From positions 1-62,051 of IMG/VR virus record IMGVR_UViG_3300049259_000057: a stretch of DNA of 62,051 nucleotides. The stretch is one strand, 5' to 3'. This document shows positions 26,107-36,206 of this stretch, in pieces. Both the position numbers and the translations under genes were made by a program. The notes below the pieces were generated by a model. It was not told where the DNA came from. It saw only the letters and a list, made by a program, of their open reading frames with translations, and made no database searches. Positions within the stretch are counted from its first letter, which is position 1. Every line of letters starts with the position of its first letter. Source of the stretch: a virus. Lineage: Duplodnaviria > Caudoviricetes.

Positions 26107-26979
26107 CTAATAGGACGCGTCGCCATAGGTGACGGTGAGAACCCCGGTGTCCGCCGGATTGGTGCTGCGAAACAGAACCGTGACCGAGCTGTACGCGGGC
26201 ACAGAGAACCAGTTCAACGCGGTCACGAGTGCGCGTCGATTGATTCCGTTGAGTAGCACGCTGCCGGTGGCAAAATCGATCGTCAGCGCGTCGGTACTGG
26301 CCAACGTCCCGTTGTAAGTCACCGTGTCGCCCGTGTCGGCCCGGGTTAGGCTCGGCGTGGTGAGCGGCCCCACGAGGGAGCAGTACGGGTCAGCGTCGGC
26401 ACTGCCGGCATTGCTGATGGGCACGGCCCCGGGGGCGCCTGGCGTGCCGTAGGACACGGGATAGGTGACGGGATAGGTGACACCACTGGACCCGCCGGAC
26501 GCGAGCGGCACGGCCACCGTGGTCAACGTCGTGGCGAATTTACGTGGATCTGGTGCCACGAGTTGAATCGAGAAGGTCACCGCGTAGGGGCCGATCGGCG
26601 TCGTCAGGATTTCGCCGTCCAGCACCACATTCGCGTACGACTGATAGCCGGACTCCTCGGTGACCGTGAGTGGATACTGCTGGTGCGGGTCGGGACAAAT
26701 CCCCAGCAGTGTGCGCACAGCCGACCGCAACGCACCAACACTGTTCGTCGCGGACAGCACGCCTTGCAGGACGATGACGCGCCCACCACGAAACTCGTTA
26801 CCACGAAACACGCCGCGCGCGGCTGGCTTGTCGACCCGAGCCGTTTTGATGGCTGGGCTGGCAAACCAGCCACTTTCGCTGGTGAGAAGCCAATCGCACC
26901 CGTTGACGTCGGTACTGCCGTTGATGACGATGCCGCCGAGCGCGAATTGGCAACCGTAATAGATCGGGTCATAGAGCAC
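26107..26979 (-). CDS. Distal tail (Dit-like) protein
   Basis: Directly after TMP; FSIQLVAPDPRKF, NAG. Confidence 0.82.
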   Translation of the reverse strand: MLYDPIYYGCQFALGGIVINGSTDVNGCDWLLTSESGWFASPAIKTARVDKPAARGVFRGNEFRGGRVIVLQGVLSATNSVGALRSAVRTLLGICPDPHQQYPLTVTEESGYQSYANVVLDGEILTTPIGPYAVTFSIQLVAPDPRKFATTLTTVAVPLASGGSSGVTYPVTYPVSYGTPGAPGAVPISNAGSADADPYCSLVGPLTTPSLTRADTGDTVTYNGTLASTDALTIDFATGSVLLNGINRRALVTALNWFSVPAYSSVTVLFRSTNPADTGVLTVTYGDASY

Positions 26980-26991
26980 GACGCCCCCCGG

Positions 26992-29900
26992 TCACAGTCG
27001 GGCGCGCATGTGCGCGGTTTCTCGCCGCTCAATTTCGTGCGCGACCGACGAAGGATCGTGACTGGTGATGAAATATTGGTGCGTGCCACTGGTTTTCGGC
27101 TGGGACAGGTTGGCGCGCATGACATCCCACTGGCTGCCGGTGAACACGGGTTCGGGTCGACGGGTCCAGTTGGCAATGACGCTCACACCGGGGGGGATAT
27201 AGCCACCACCGTCGTAGCCCTTCGGGGGCAAATTCGCGTTGGCTTGCTGCACGTGGCTAATTCCGTGGTACCGGGATTGAATATAGTTGATGACGGCCGC
27301 GACGTTGGCCACGGGATTGGTCATCGAATCCGGGAATGCCTTGTTGCGGTACGCCTCGAACGTGCCAATGATCGTTTGGCCGAGACCGGTCGACGGGTGC
27401 CCAGCCTGGGCGTTCGAATCGGTGAGATTGACCGCGTTAGGATTCCATCCCGATTCCCGGGTGATGAGGGTGTTGAGCCCTGCCTCCCATTGCGCCCAGT
27501 CGGATTGCGGGATGCCGTCAGCGGCTAGCGCGTTCGTGATGATGTTGAGCCGCGCGCCCGTGGGGATCGTGCCACCGATCGCCGCACCCGATGCGTTCGC
27601 TGCCGCGTCCTTAGCGCCGAGGAACGAAAGAATGTCACTTTCGATCTTGTTGGCCAGACCGGCGAGCATTTTGACCGGTTCACTGCTCTGACCACCGGGA
27701 ATGCTGCTGATCAGCGGCTTGATCACCGAGTCGAAAAACGTCGACGCTGCCGCGCGGAGCCCACCCAGGGCGACATTCTTCACCGCGCTCCACGCGGAAC
27801 TGGCCGCACTGCCGATGCCGCCGAGAAGGTCACCAACAAACCCGCCAAGCCCAAACCCGGGCAGGCCGCTACGGGTTGCTGTGGGCCCGTTCCCGCCGCC
27901 ACCGAACAGGCTGTTAAGCGCGTGAATGGCAGGCGCACCACCGAGACCGCGCACGGTAGCCGGGGTGAGAATTCCCTCGCCCGGCGTGACGAGCGCGTGC
28001 ACCGAGTCGACCGGCCCGGACCCGGGCACGATGCCGCCTCGTTCGAATGTCGGTAGATGCGGGTCCGGAATCAGCGGTATACTCAGGCCAACGGCACCTA
28101 GAATCCAGTTGATTCCTTTAATGATGCCGTCGTTCAAGATCGTTTTGATGACGAACTCGATCGGTGTGCCGAATGCCTTTTTCAAGCCCTCCCAAATGGA
28201 CCCGATCAAGCCGACGCCCTTTTTGAAAGCTTCCTGGAGATCGGCTAGCGCTAGCTTGAATCTCGCCCAGATCGGTTCAATCACACCGTGGTAGATGTCA
28301 CGGATCAGGTTACCTAGCCCGGTCCAGATAGGACGTACCACGTTGTTATACAGGAAACTGAGCGCGGCCTGAAGAATCCTCCAGTCATTTTGCAGTCGCT
28401 GCCAGATAGGCAACAGGATATTGTCGTATACCCATTTCGCGGCGGCAGCGATAACGGACCAGAGGTCATGCCATTTCGCAGCCAGAATGCCCAGCGCGGC
28501 CTGAACAATGCGCCAGTCATTCTGCAACCGCGCCCAGATCACAGCCAGCACCGCGTCATATACTCGGCGAATGGCGTCACCAATGGCGTTCCAGATTTTC
28601 GCGAACCAGGTCGCCAGCACGTCAAGCGCGGCCATCACCAGGCGGTAGCCGAACACGATTCCGGCGACAATGGGCGCAATGGCGGCCTGATACACGGCCC
28701 GCGCGATATTGCCCATGATGTTCCAGGCCGCGACGACCTTTGGTGCCAGCCATTCAAACACCGCGCCCAGCGATCGCACGGCAATAACAATGGGTGCGAT
28801 CACCAGCGCGAGAATAACTTTCGCGGTGATCAGGAAAATGTCAGCGAGCACCGACAGGATTGGCTTGAGAATTGTCCGCCAGAGCCACATGAAAGCCTCG
28901 GCCACGGCACGCGCCCCGATGACGATCGCGCTCACCATGGGTTGAATGCTGTGCTGGTACAACCAGACGAACGCCGCGCCGATCTCATGGATGTGCGAAA
29001 TGATCAGGACGAAGAGGCCAATGCAAATCGTGATCGGCGCAAAGATGACGGCGAGCGCAATCGCAAAGATTTTCCAATGTTCGGCCAGCCAATGTACCGC
29101 GTCCATCACGGCGTGAAGCACCACGAGGAACACAGCTCGGAAGAACCGGCCGATATCGTCAACGATCCGGCGAAACGCGGTGAAGTGAAAATACGCGTAC
29201 ACCACGCCAGCGACGAGCGCCGCAATAGCCAACGTCAGCGCGACAACCGGATTCGCGGCGATCGCAGCATTCAGCAGCCAGATAGCCACTCGAATGTTGA
29301 GAATGACAGCCCGCACCGCATTCCACGCCATGATGGCGAGGCGTACGGCCACAATGGGGCCGACGAGCGTACCGATCACCGTCGCGACCAGGCCAATCCA
29401 CACGCGATTCTGGACGAGCCAGGCAACCGCACCCTGAAGTCCGATAATCATGGATGTCAGCACGGGTATCAGCTTTTGGCCGATCGAGATCACCCAGGAA
29501 CCGATGCCGGCGCGCACTTCGGCCAGTCGCTGATTCAAGGTGTTCTGAATCTCTGCCCAGCCGTGAACGTTGCCCCCGGCTTCCGTGGATGCGGCGGAGA
29601 TATCCCGGATGTTCTGTTGGGTTTTCGCGGCATTCTCGCCGGTCAGCATGAGTGCGACGTTCAGCGCGGTACTGCCGCCGGTTGCTTTCGCGAGTGCCTG
29701 GGTAAACGTCTGGCTCGCGTTGCCGCCGTTTTTCAATGCGTCGTTGAACCCGGTCGCGCGTTTCTCCGACGTGAGCCACTGTTTCAACAGATTGGCCTGC
29801 ACCGGGTCAATCGTTTTCAGACCCTGCGTCCATTCGTGCATCGACAGTTTGCCGTCGAGCATTTGACTGGCGATCGCGTGCAACTTCGGCGGCAGCGCCG

Positions 29901-31245
29901 CGAACATCGTGTTAGCGTCCGACGCGGCCTGTTTGGACTGGTTGAACGCATTAAATAGCGTGGTGCCGGCCGGGCCCATGTGGTGCAAGATCGCGTCGAC
30001 AACCTGTTGCATCGACCCGGCAATGCCAGCCTTGCCCAGATTCTTGGACAGGTCGGCCGAATTGATGCCGAGCGCGGCTAGCTCTTTCGTGGCCGCCAAG
30101 CTCGGGTTTGCCAGGCTACGGATAGCGTTCGCCAGGTTCTGCGCACTCTGGTCAGCCGATTCGCCGTGCAGCGTCATCGAGGACAAGTCGCCGAGGACTT
30201 CGGACATGTTGACGTGCGTAGCCGATGCGATCGGCAGGACAGCGGACATGGCGCCCGTCAAATCCTGAAATGTGGTCTTGCCATCGGACACAGCGGCAAC
30301 CAACCGGGACGTGACCAGCGCGGCATCCGATGCCGGCAAATGGTAGTCACGCAACGCGGAGGTCAGCGCATTCGACACCGTCGACAGATCGGCGTTCTCT
30401 TCTTTGGCGCCCTGCGCTGCCGCTCGCATCACTTTCAAGCCATCGGCACCGTGATAGCCGGCAGACTCGATGGTATACATGCCTTTGGACAGATCCTGGG
30501 CGGAAATACCGACCTGGCCGGCCATCGACAGGACACCGGAGCTAACCATGGCAAGGTTGCTCTGGAGTTCACCCGCCGTGGTAACCAAGCGTTCCTGTGA
30601 CTGTTGGAACGCGCCAGCCGCCTGCACACCTTTGACACCGAGGTCAATGGCCAGTGCGACGCCGACGAGCGCGCCGAGTTTGCCGTATTGCGCGGTGAGA
30701 CCGCCTACGGTGCCGCTGGTTTCCGCCGCCAGAGCCCTGACACGGCCCAGGGACGCCGATTCGGCATCGGTGGCAGTGGCGGACGCGGTCGCGGCGGCGG
30801 CGGCATTCTTGCGCGACACAGACAGCTCGGACGTGGCCAGCGTGGACCTGTCCGCAGTAAGGGCAACGTTCCGCTCGGCGGCGGCTAGTCGCTCTTCGGC
30901 GGCCACCACTTGTGACGAGTCCGCCGCGTACTTGCTCCGCGCTTCCGCCAACCGTTGCTCGGCGATGCGCACCCGTCCGGCGGCATCCTCTTCCCGGGCG
31001 TGTGCCGCGACCACTTTGGCCGCTGCCTGTTCGATCGCGAGTTGCGCTGTACGGGCACTGTTACCGATGGCGCTACCGGCGCCCATGCCAGCCCTGGCAG
31101 CCTGTTCAGAAAAAGCGTCCGAAAAGGACCGGCCCGTCTTGGCGCCCACTTCGGTGGCGGCCGGAACGACTTGTTTCTGAAGGATGGGGCCAAAGTCTTT
31201 GGCGGTGGGAAAGACGCTGACAGCAAGACTCGCGGCGGTGCCCAC
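26992..31245 (-). CDS. Tape measure protein with C-terminal lytic transglycosylase domain
   Basis: 1417 aa, Ala-rich with periodic Trp/Phe; RESGWNPNAVN..DSNA..GHPS.GL.Q SLT motif. Confidence 0.95.
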   Translation of the reverse strand: MGTAASLAVSVFPTAKDFGPILQKQVVPAATEVGAKTGRSFSDAFSEQAARAGMGAGSAIGNSARTAQLAIEQAAAKVVAAHAREEDAAGRVRIAEQRLAEARSKYAADSSQVVAAEERLAAAERNVALTADRSTLATSELSVSRKNAAAAATASATATDAESASLGRVRALAAETSGTVGGLTAQYGKLGALVGVALAIDLGVKGVQAAGAFQQSQERLVTTAGELQSNLAMVSSGVLSMAGQVGISAQDLSKGMYTIESAGYHGADGLKVMRAAAQGAKEENADLSTVSNALTSALRDYHLPASDAALVTSRLVAAVSDGKTTFQDLTGAMSAVLPIASATHVNMSEVLGDLSSMTLHGESADQSAQNLANAIRSLANPSLAATKELAALGINSADLSKNLGKAGIAGSMQQVVDAILHHMGPAGTTLFNAFNQSKQAASDANTMFAALPPKLHAIASQMLDGKLSMHEWTQGLKTIDPVQANLLKQWLTSEKRATGFNDALKNGGNASQTFTQALAKATGGSTALNVALMLTGENAAKTQQNIRDISAASTEAGGNVHGWAEIQNTLNQRLAEVRAGIGSWVISIGQKLIPVLTSMIIGLQGAVAWLVQNRVWIGLVATVIGTLVGPIVAVRLAIMAWNAVRAVILNIRVAIWLLNAAIAANPVVALTLAIAALVAGVVYAYFHFTAFRRIVDDIGRFFRAVFLVVLHAVMDAVHWLAEHWKIFAIALAVIFAPITICIGLFVLIISHIHEIGAAFVWLYQHSIQPMVSAIVIGARAVAEAFMWLWRTILKPILSVLADIFLITAKVILALVIAPIVIAVRSLGAVFEWLAPKVVAAWNIMGNIARAVYQAAIAPIVAGIVFGYRLVMAALDVLATWFAKIWNAIGDAIRRVYDAVLAVIWARLQNDWRIVQAALGILAAKWHDLWSVIAAAAKWVYDNILLPIWQRLQNDWRILQAALSFLYNNVVRPIWTGLGNLIRDIYHGVIEPIWARFKLALADLQEAFKKGVGLIGSIWEGLKKAFGTPIEFVIKTILNDGIIKGINWILGAVGLSIPLIPDPHLPTFERGGIVPGSGPVDSVHALVTPGEGILTPATVRGLGGAPAIHALNSLFGGGGNGPTATRSGLPGFGLGGFVGDLLGGIGSAASSAWSAVKNVALGGLRAAASTFFDSVIKPLISSIPGGQSSEPVKMLAGLANKIESDILSFLGAKDAAANASGAAIGGTIPTGARLNIITNALAADGIPQSDWAQWEAGLNTLITRESGWNPNAVNLTDSNAQAGHPSTGLGQTIIGTFEAYRNKAFPDSMTNPVANVAAVINYIQSRYHGISHVQQANANLPPKGYDGGGYIPPGVSVIANWTRRPEPVFTGSQWDVMRANLSQPKTSGTHQYFITSHDPSSVAHEIERRETAHMRARL

Positions 31246-31262
31246 GTGGCCCCCTCGCGCGT

Positions 31263-31709
31263 CTACACGATGTCGGTGGCAGGGGCGTACACACGGCCGT
31301 CAGAGGGCACGGTGGCCGTGTCCAGTTGACCGCGCATCATGTCGGCCAGGGCGTCATGCACCTGGCGCGTCTCGTCCCGTTCCTGTTGCGCGTCCACGGT
31401 GTCCGGCCGGGGGACGGTCGACGGGCGCACACTGCCGCCGTGGGCGTTGGCGTAGTCGGCCCTGGCGAACGTGACCGTGTCCGCGACGTAGGCCACGAGG
31501 TACATCAGATCGGACCAGGGTGTACCGCGTTGTGCTTTCACGGTGGCCGAGTCGTCCGGCAGGTGCTGTATCAACACCAACAGGGCCCGCGCGGACATCT
31601 CACCGCGCCAGAACTGGCCGATGTCACGCCCCGGGTAGAACCGGGCTATGTCCGCCTCGATCTCCTCCGGATAGTGCGAGAGCAGCGACATTACCTCGGG
31701 AGTTTTGGG
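31263..31709 (-). CDS. Tail assembly chaperone, frameshifted (GT) portion
   Basis: -1 frame continuation PKTPEVMSLL..EADIARFY..HLPDDSA. Confidence 0.8.
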   Translation of the reverse strand, partial: PKTPEVMSLLSHYPEEIEADIARFYPGRDIGQFWRGEMSARALLVLIQHLPDDSATVKAQRGTPWSDLMYLVAYVADTVTFARADYANAHGGSVRPSTVPRPDTVDAQQERDETRQVHDALADMMRGQLDTATVPSDGRVYAPATDIV

Positions 31710-32008
31710 CGTTGCTGTGCCTCTTCGGCCATGATTTGCCATGCGAGCATGACGTCAGCGGACCGGCCGCCGCCCGCGAGGAGACGCGCGTGTTCCGCCT
31801 CGCCGAGGATCGCTTTCGCTGACGCAATGGTGCCGGTGGCGGACTCGATGAGTTCCTGTGCCTCTTCGGACACGAACATCGGATTCGGGATGTTCAGGGT
31901 CTCGCCGTTGTCGAGTTCCAACTCAATACCGGGTTCCATGCCGAGTGACTCAACGGCCTGTGACCGCATTTCGGCGAGCTTGAGACGCTTGTGGTTCGGT
32001 GACGGCAT
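31691..32008 (-). CDS. Tail assembly chaperone (G)
   Basis: Between major tail and TMP; AAGGA SD. Confidence 0.82.
   Translation of the reverse strand: MPSPNHKRLKLAEMRSQAVESLGMEPGIELELDNGETLNIPNPMFVSEEAQELIESATGTIASAKAILGEAEHARLLAGGGRSADVMLAWQIMAEEAQQRPKLPR
31703..31709 (-). other. -1 programmed frameshift slippery site C-CCA-AAA
   Basis: X XXY YYZ heptamer correctly phased near the end of G; the -1 frame is open to 31263. Confidence 0.8.
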
Positions 32009-32095
32009 GGAATTCCTTGGTAGCAGAGGGGGCGGACGCACGGGGCGGAAGGGGGGATCAACAGGCGCCCCGTGCGTCCATTACAGAAGGGGAGG

Positions 32096-33037
32096 TCAGC
32101 TCGTGGTCGCGGTGAGGGTCGCGGCGGCCGAGCTGCCATTGGCGTTGTTGCTGACGACACTGACCACGTACTGGGTGGCGGTGACCAGGCCACCCACGGT
32201 GCATGCCAACGTCGTGTTCGGGTTGGGCGGGGTGAAGGTGGCACCACCGACAGCGGTCCCGTTGCTGGCCAACACAATGGACACGGTGTAGGACACGGGA
32301 ACCGGGCCGGTGGCCGGTGCGGTCCACGTGATCGGCAGCGTGGTCGCGGTCTTGGCGCCCAGGGTGAGCCCGGTCGGCGGGTTCGGCAGGGCCAGCGCAC
32401 GCCACCCAGGCCCGTCGCGGAATCGCTTGATGGTGTAGCCAGCAACGGAATCCGGGAATGCCTGAAACGTGAGCGGTGTCTGTACTTCGGTTTTCGCTAC
32501 CCAGTCCTGTTTGTCGGGCTTGATCATGAGGGCGCGCGGATACAGCGTCGCCATGAATGAATAGGAACCACTGGCACCGTCGACGCCCAGGAACAGCAGT
32601 GAACGGTAGATGATGCTCGGCACCTTCGGCTTGACGACGGAATAGCCGGAACCGCCGAGCGTGCCAGCGCTGGCCAGCGAGAGACCGTTGTAGAGGCAAT
32701 CCGAAACCGGGCTTGATTGCAGAACGGTGATTTTCGCCTGTTCCGTGTCGGCCGTGACATCGGTGCGCAACGGCTGACGAGTCTGCCACGATGTCGTGTC
32801 AGCGGTCGTGTAGTTGGGGGTAAATTCGACGCCGTTTTCGTCCAGGTAGCCTAGATCGGTCCACCCGTCCGTAGTGAGCAGGGTCGAGCTGAGTAGCCCG
32901 GTGGTGGAGTCGAACGGCGAATACGACGCGAATGCATTACTCGCGCTGTAGTCCTGCACCAGCACAGAGCCGTACAGCGCTTTTCGAACAAGAGCGGAGG
33001 TACCCGGAAAAATGCTATCCCAGGTGACACCGGCCAT
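32096..33037 (-). CDS. Major tail protein with C-terminal FN3 domain
   Basis: GWTDLGYLDENGVEF..WQ..PLR tail-tube motif; PNPPTGL..ITWTAP..Y..GL...TQY.V.V..N.NG.S. Confidence 0.9.
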   Translation of the reverse strand: MAGVTWDSIFPGTSALVRKALYGSVLVQDYSASNAFASYSPFDSTTGLLSSTLLTTDGWTDLGYLDENGVEFTPNYTTADTTSWQTRQPLRTDVTADTEQAKITVLQSSPVSDCLYNGLSLASAGTLGGSGYSVVKPKVPSIIYRSLLFLGVDGASGSYSFMATLYPRALMIKPDKQDWVAKTEVQTPLTFQAFPDSVAGYTIKRFRDGPGWRALALPNPPTGLTLGAKTATTLPITWTAPATGPVPVSYTVSIVLASNGTAVGGATFTPPNPNTTLACTVGGLVTATQYVVSVVSNNANGSSAAATLTATTS

Positions 33038-33061
33038 GGCGATATCTCCTCGTCAGTGCGA

Positions 33062-33445
33062 TTAGGGCGCGGCGCCAACGCGGGATTCCACAATGTAGGT
33101 CGACACGTAGCGCTGAAGGTTTTCGTCGTCGTAGTTAATCCACTGTGGACCGGTGACGGTTTCGACCGAATCCACTAACACGCCATTCACGGCGGTATGT
33201 TTCAGGCGCATCATGGCCCCGTGGACCGTGCGCGCGATCATGCTCGCCGTGGCCCGTGTCGCAGCGAAACAGTCGATATCGACCAACGCCGAGTCCGTCA
33301 CGTAGTTGTCACCACCACCGACCCGGTTGACCTGGACAAAAGGCAGCACGGTCAACACGTTCTGTGGCAAATCCACTGACACGCCCTGGATTCCGGATAG
33401 TGGTGTCAGGTAGGCCACCAACAATGCCTCTACGTCCGCGTACAC
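33062..33445 (-). CDS. Tail terminator
   Basis: DVEALLVAYL..LPFVQVNRVGG..VDIDCFA. Confidence 0.8.
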   Translation of the reverse strand: MYADVEALLVAYLTPLSGIQGVSVDLPQNVLTVLPFVQVNRVGGGDNYVTDSALVDIDCFAATRATASMIARTVHGAMMRLKHTAVNGVLVDSVETVTGPQWINYDDENLQRYVSTYIVESRVGAAP

Positions 33446-33467
33446 CGGGGGCACCTCCCAAGAGGTG

Positions 33468-33899
33468 TTAGGCGCGTGTTCGGCGCCGAGCGGCCCGTTT
33501 CCGTTGTGTGCCAGCGTTCGTGGCGTCGTACTCGGCGGACCCGGCATAGCTGGACGCGGCTTGTGCGTGGCCGGTGGCGAGGTAATCGAGCGTGCGGCGC
33601 AACACGGACCGGCGAGGCACCTTTTTTGATCCGTATTCTTGCCACCACGCGGTGTAATCGTCGCTGAAAATGCGCAAAGTCATCCGGTTCTTTCCCGATT
33701 TGACCTCGTACTGGAGTGAGTCACGGTATTGACCGGGCCGGGTGTTTTTGGTGGTACGGGTGCCAACCGGCGCAATGGATCGGGCGTAGTCGACACCTTT
33801 CCGGCCCAAATCTTCTAGATACCTGCGCAACTCGGGATTGGTCCGCAGAAACACGCCGACCTCGGCGTAATTCATGGTGAACGTGACCTCACCGGCCAT
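33468..33899 (-). CDS. HK97 gp10-like neck protein
   Basis: ARSIAPV...GQYRDSL...AWWQEYGS..P...LRR. Confidence 0.8.
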   Translation of the reverse strand: MAGEVTFTMNYAEVGVFLRTNPELRRYLEDLGRKGVDYARSIAPVGTRTTKNTRPGQYRDSLQYEVKSGKNRMTLRIFSDDYTAWWQEYGSKKVPRRSVLRRTLDYLATGHAQAASSYAGSAEYDATNAGTQRKRAARRRTRA

Positions 33900-33917
33900 C
33901 GCGAGACCTCCCGGATA

Positions 33918-34247
33918 TCAACCCGTGGCGCGTCGCAACAGGCATTCCAGGTGATGTGGCTGTCCGCGCATGTCTATCCACACCTGCGGGTCACCGTCGA
34001 CTTCGTACAGCAGGCCACGCGAGATCACCGCGTCTGTCACGGTGAGCCCGGTTCCGGCCGGGGCGTACAGTTTCCACCGGGTGATGACCTGGTCCACGTC
34101 GGACAGTTCCTCACTGGTGGTGAGCGGCTGCACCGAGCAGCCCGTGACGTGCTCCTGCGTCTCGATTTTCGAGGGCACACCCAACACGTCCGGCGGCCCC
34201 GTTGCACGGTGCACGATGATCACCGTTTCGTGACCTGGCCGTGTCAC
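33918..34247 (-). CDS. Head-tail stopper/closure protein
   Basis: GCSVQP...YEVDGDP..W...L...G. Confidence 0.78.
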   Translation of the reverse strand: MTRPGHETVIIVHRATGPPDVLGVPSKIETQEHVTGCSVQPLTTSEELSDVDQVITRWKLYAPAGTGLTVTDAVISRGLLYEVDGDPQVWIDMRGQPHHLECLLRRATG

Positions 34248-34873
34248 CGTAGTTCCACTGTGGTCGCGGCCCGCCGGAACGGTGCGAGCATCCGCATTTC
34301 GGCGTCGGTCAACCCGAGGACACCGTCTTGCGCTGCGGCACTCAGCCGGTAGGACAGGCCGCCTACGGTGGAGCTGGGCGCGCTGGTCGGCCCGGGGGTG
34401 TCCAGGACGCGGCACACCATGGAGCACACCACGGTCACCACGGGGTCAGGCATCGTGGTGTAGCCGTAGACGTAGATCACGCGCATGAGCGGTGTCTGGT
34501 ATTGCAACAGATAGGTGATCTCGTCCGGCAAGTTGATCACCGTCTGAATGGCGCCGATCCAGATTTCCTGGCCGCCGTCCCACATCCACGCACCCATGGG
34601 CAATACCAACAAGCTGTTCGTCTGCAACGTGTCCACGATGCCGACAGCGGTCACTGCCGTCACGGGCGCCTGGCGTAGCCGTAGCCGGTCACCGATCGGC
34701 CGGATTGTCTCGGTAATGGTGGTCGGTGCAGCCGAGAAGGTCTGCCGCGTGTAGGTGCGGACCACGGTGGACGCGTCGACCAGGAGACTGGCCACCCGAG
34801 TGGCGACACTGTCACTCCACGGCCCCGGATAGCGCGACTGGACGTCGGCCACGGTCGCGAGGGGATCGGCCAC
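34244..34873 (-). CDS. Head-to-tail adaptor
   Basis: LATVADV..LLVDAS..VR..GY..P..V..VVCSMV.R..LTDAE..L..FR. Confidence 0.85.
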   Translation of the reverse strand: MADPLATVADVQSRYPGPWSDSVATRVASLLVDASTVVRTYTRQTFSAAPTTITETIRPIGDRLRLRQAPVTAVTAVGIVDTLQTNSLLVLPMGAWMWDGGQEIWIGAIQTVINLPDEITYLLQYQTPLMRVIYVYGYTTMPDPVVTVVCSMVCRVLDTPGPTSAPSSTVGGLSYRLSAAAQDGVLGLTDAEMRMLAPFRRAATTVELR

Positions 34874-35867
34874 CGGTCACCCCCTCTACAGCCGCCACCC
34901 AGCGGTCTAGGTCGGCATCGGTGGGCAACGCTGCGGCACGAGCGGCGGCCAGGGCGGACGCGGCGGACCAGCCGGCCGGGGTGAGCAGCCGGGTCAGGTG
35001 CAGGGCCCACGCGTCGACGTCGCCCCGGTCGGCGTACAGGCCAGCGTCGCCGAGTGATTCACGGAGTCCCGGTGTGGGATGCGCGATCGTGGGGATACCG
35101 CTACAGGCCGCCTCGGTGCCGACACGCCCGTAGGACTCGTACACACTCGGCATGAGGAGGATTCGCGTCCGGCGGTAGACCTCGTCCCGCATCCGGTCAC
35201 CGGCTAGGTGGCTCTGCCATCGGACGTTGGGCCGGTCGCGGCGATCCTGTTCCCCGTAGGCGCCTTCTACGGCCAGAAAGGTGACTTTCGGGAACCGGTC
35301 GGCCAGCGCGTAGAAGATGTCCGAACCTTTGTCACGGGTGGGGTTGACCAGGGTGACCCAGCGGCCGGGCGTGGTGCGGTACTCGTCCGGGACCACGGGT
35401 GGCCGCACCACGATCATCGGCGACATCGACTGTCCGGTGTGCTCGGCGGCCCACCATTGCCGGATATCCGCCGCCATCCATTCGGTGTTCGCCACGGCCA
35501 GGTCTGGCCGCCGTGTCAGCGCCCGTTTCGTGGTGTCATAGGTGTTGTGCAACAGGTGCACCACGGGCACCCGGTAGGTGTCGCCGAGTATCGACGCGCG
35601 CTCGGTGCTTTCCAGGTGCGTCACGATGACATCGGGTCGTCGGCCCGGGTCGACCAGCCACCGAATCGGGTCGCTCTTGTCGTGACGGGGATGGACGCGG
35701 ACACCGTCCCACGTGTACGGCTCGGTGATGGCCGTGTGGACGCGTGACAGGATGACGTCGACGGTGTGTCCGCGTGTCACCAGTGCGCGCAACAGGCCGT
35801 GTGCGGCCATTTCAGCGCCTGCGCAATGGTGCGGGGCGTACAGGTGGAGCATGGCCAGGACCCGCAC
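34812..35867 (-). CDS. Glycosyltransferase, GT-B / family 4-like
   Basis: GAE..L..RGHTV, DKG, LLMPS.YESYGRVGTEAACSGIPTIA..PGL.E (E-x7-E). Confidence 0.9.
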   Translation of the reverse strand: MRVLAMLHLYAPHHCAGAEMAAHGLLRALVTRGHTVDVILSRVHTAITEPYTWDGVRVHPRHDKSDPIRWLVDPGRRPDVIVTHLESTERASILGDTYRVPVVHLLHNTYDTTKRALTRRPDLAVANTEWMAADIRQWWAAEHTGQSMSPMIVVRPPVVPDEYRTTPGRWVTLVNPTRDKGSDIFYALADRFPKVTFLAVEGAYGEQDRRDRPNVRWQSHLAGDRMRDEVYRRTRILLMPSVYESYGRVGTEAACSGIPTIAHPTPGLRESLGDAGLYADRGDVDAWALHLTRLLTPAGWSAASALAAARAAALPTDADLDRWVAAVEGVTGGRSPRDRGRRPVALSGAVE

Positions 35868-35884
35868 GCCCTACACTTCCCCTC

Positions 35885-36088
35885 ATGCCGACACCACAGG
35901 AGACGCCCTGCCCGAACCCCGCATGTGGCCAGATGGGGCTAATCGTCGGACGAATACTGAGGGCGCGGCCGATCGGCTCGTTTTCGCTGTCCGGGCAACA
36001 GATGAAAGTGTCCGCACGGGAATCCCTGCGATGGCGTTGCCCATCCTGCGGTGCGAGCGGTCCGGCGGCACCGTCCGATGAGGAATGA
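35885..36088 (+). CDS. Small antisense Zn-finger protein, probably leaderless
   Basis: CPNPAC...CPSC; TACACT -10 at 35872-77, 7 nt before ATG. Confidence 0.6.
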   Translation: MPTPQETPCPNPACGQMGLIVGRILRARPIGSFSLSGQQMKVSARESLRWRCPSCGASGPAAPSDEE

Positions 36089-36206
36089 CGAGGTGCCGGC
36101 CACGGGGTCTACGGTGACACCTCGCCCTGCCGGCCCTCACGCGACAACCCATGTCCATCCCGGTACCAGGGCTTGGCGGCTGTTACCGCGTGAGCACATT
36201 CTCTCG

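Noticed and set aside
28390-29958. 522-aa plus-strand ORF
   Set aside because: Antisense shadow of the tape measure gene in GC-rich DNA.
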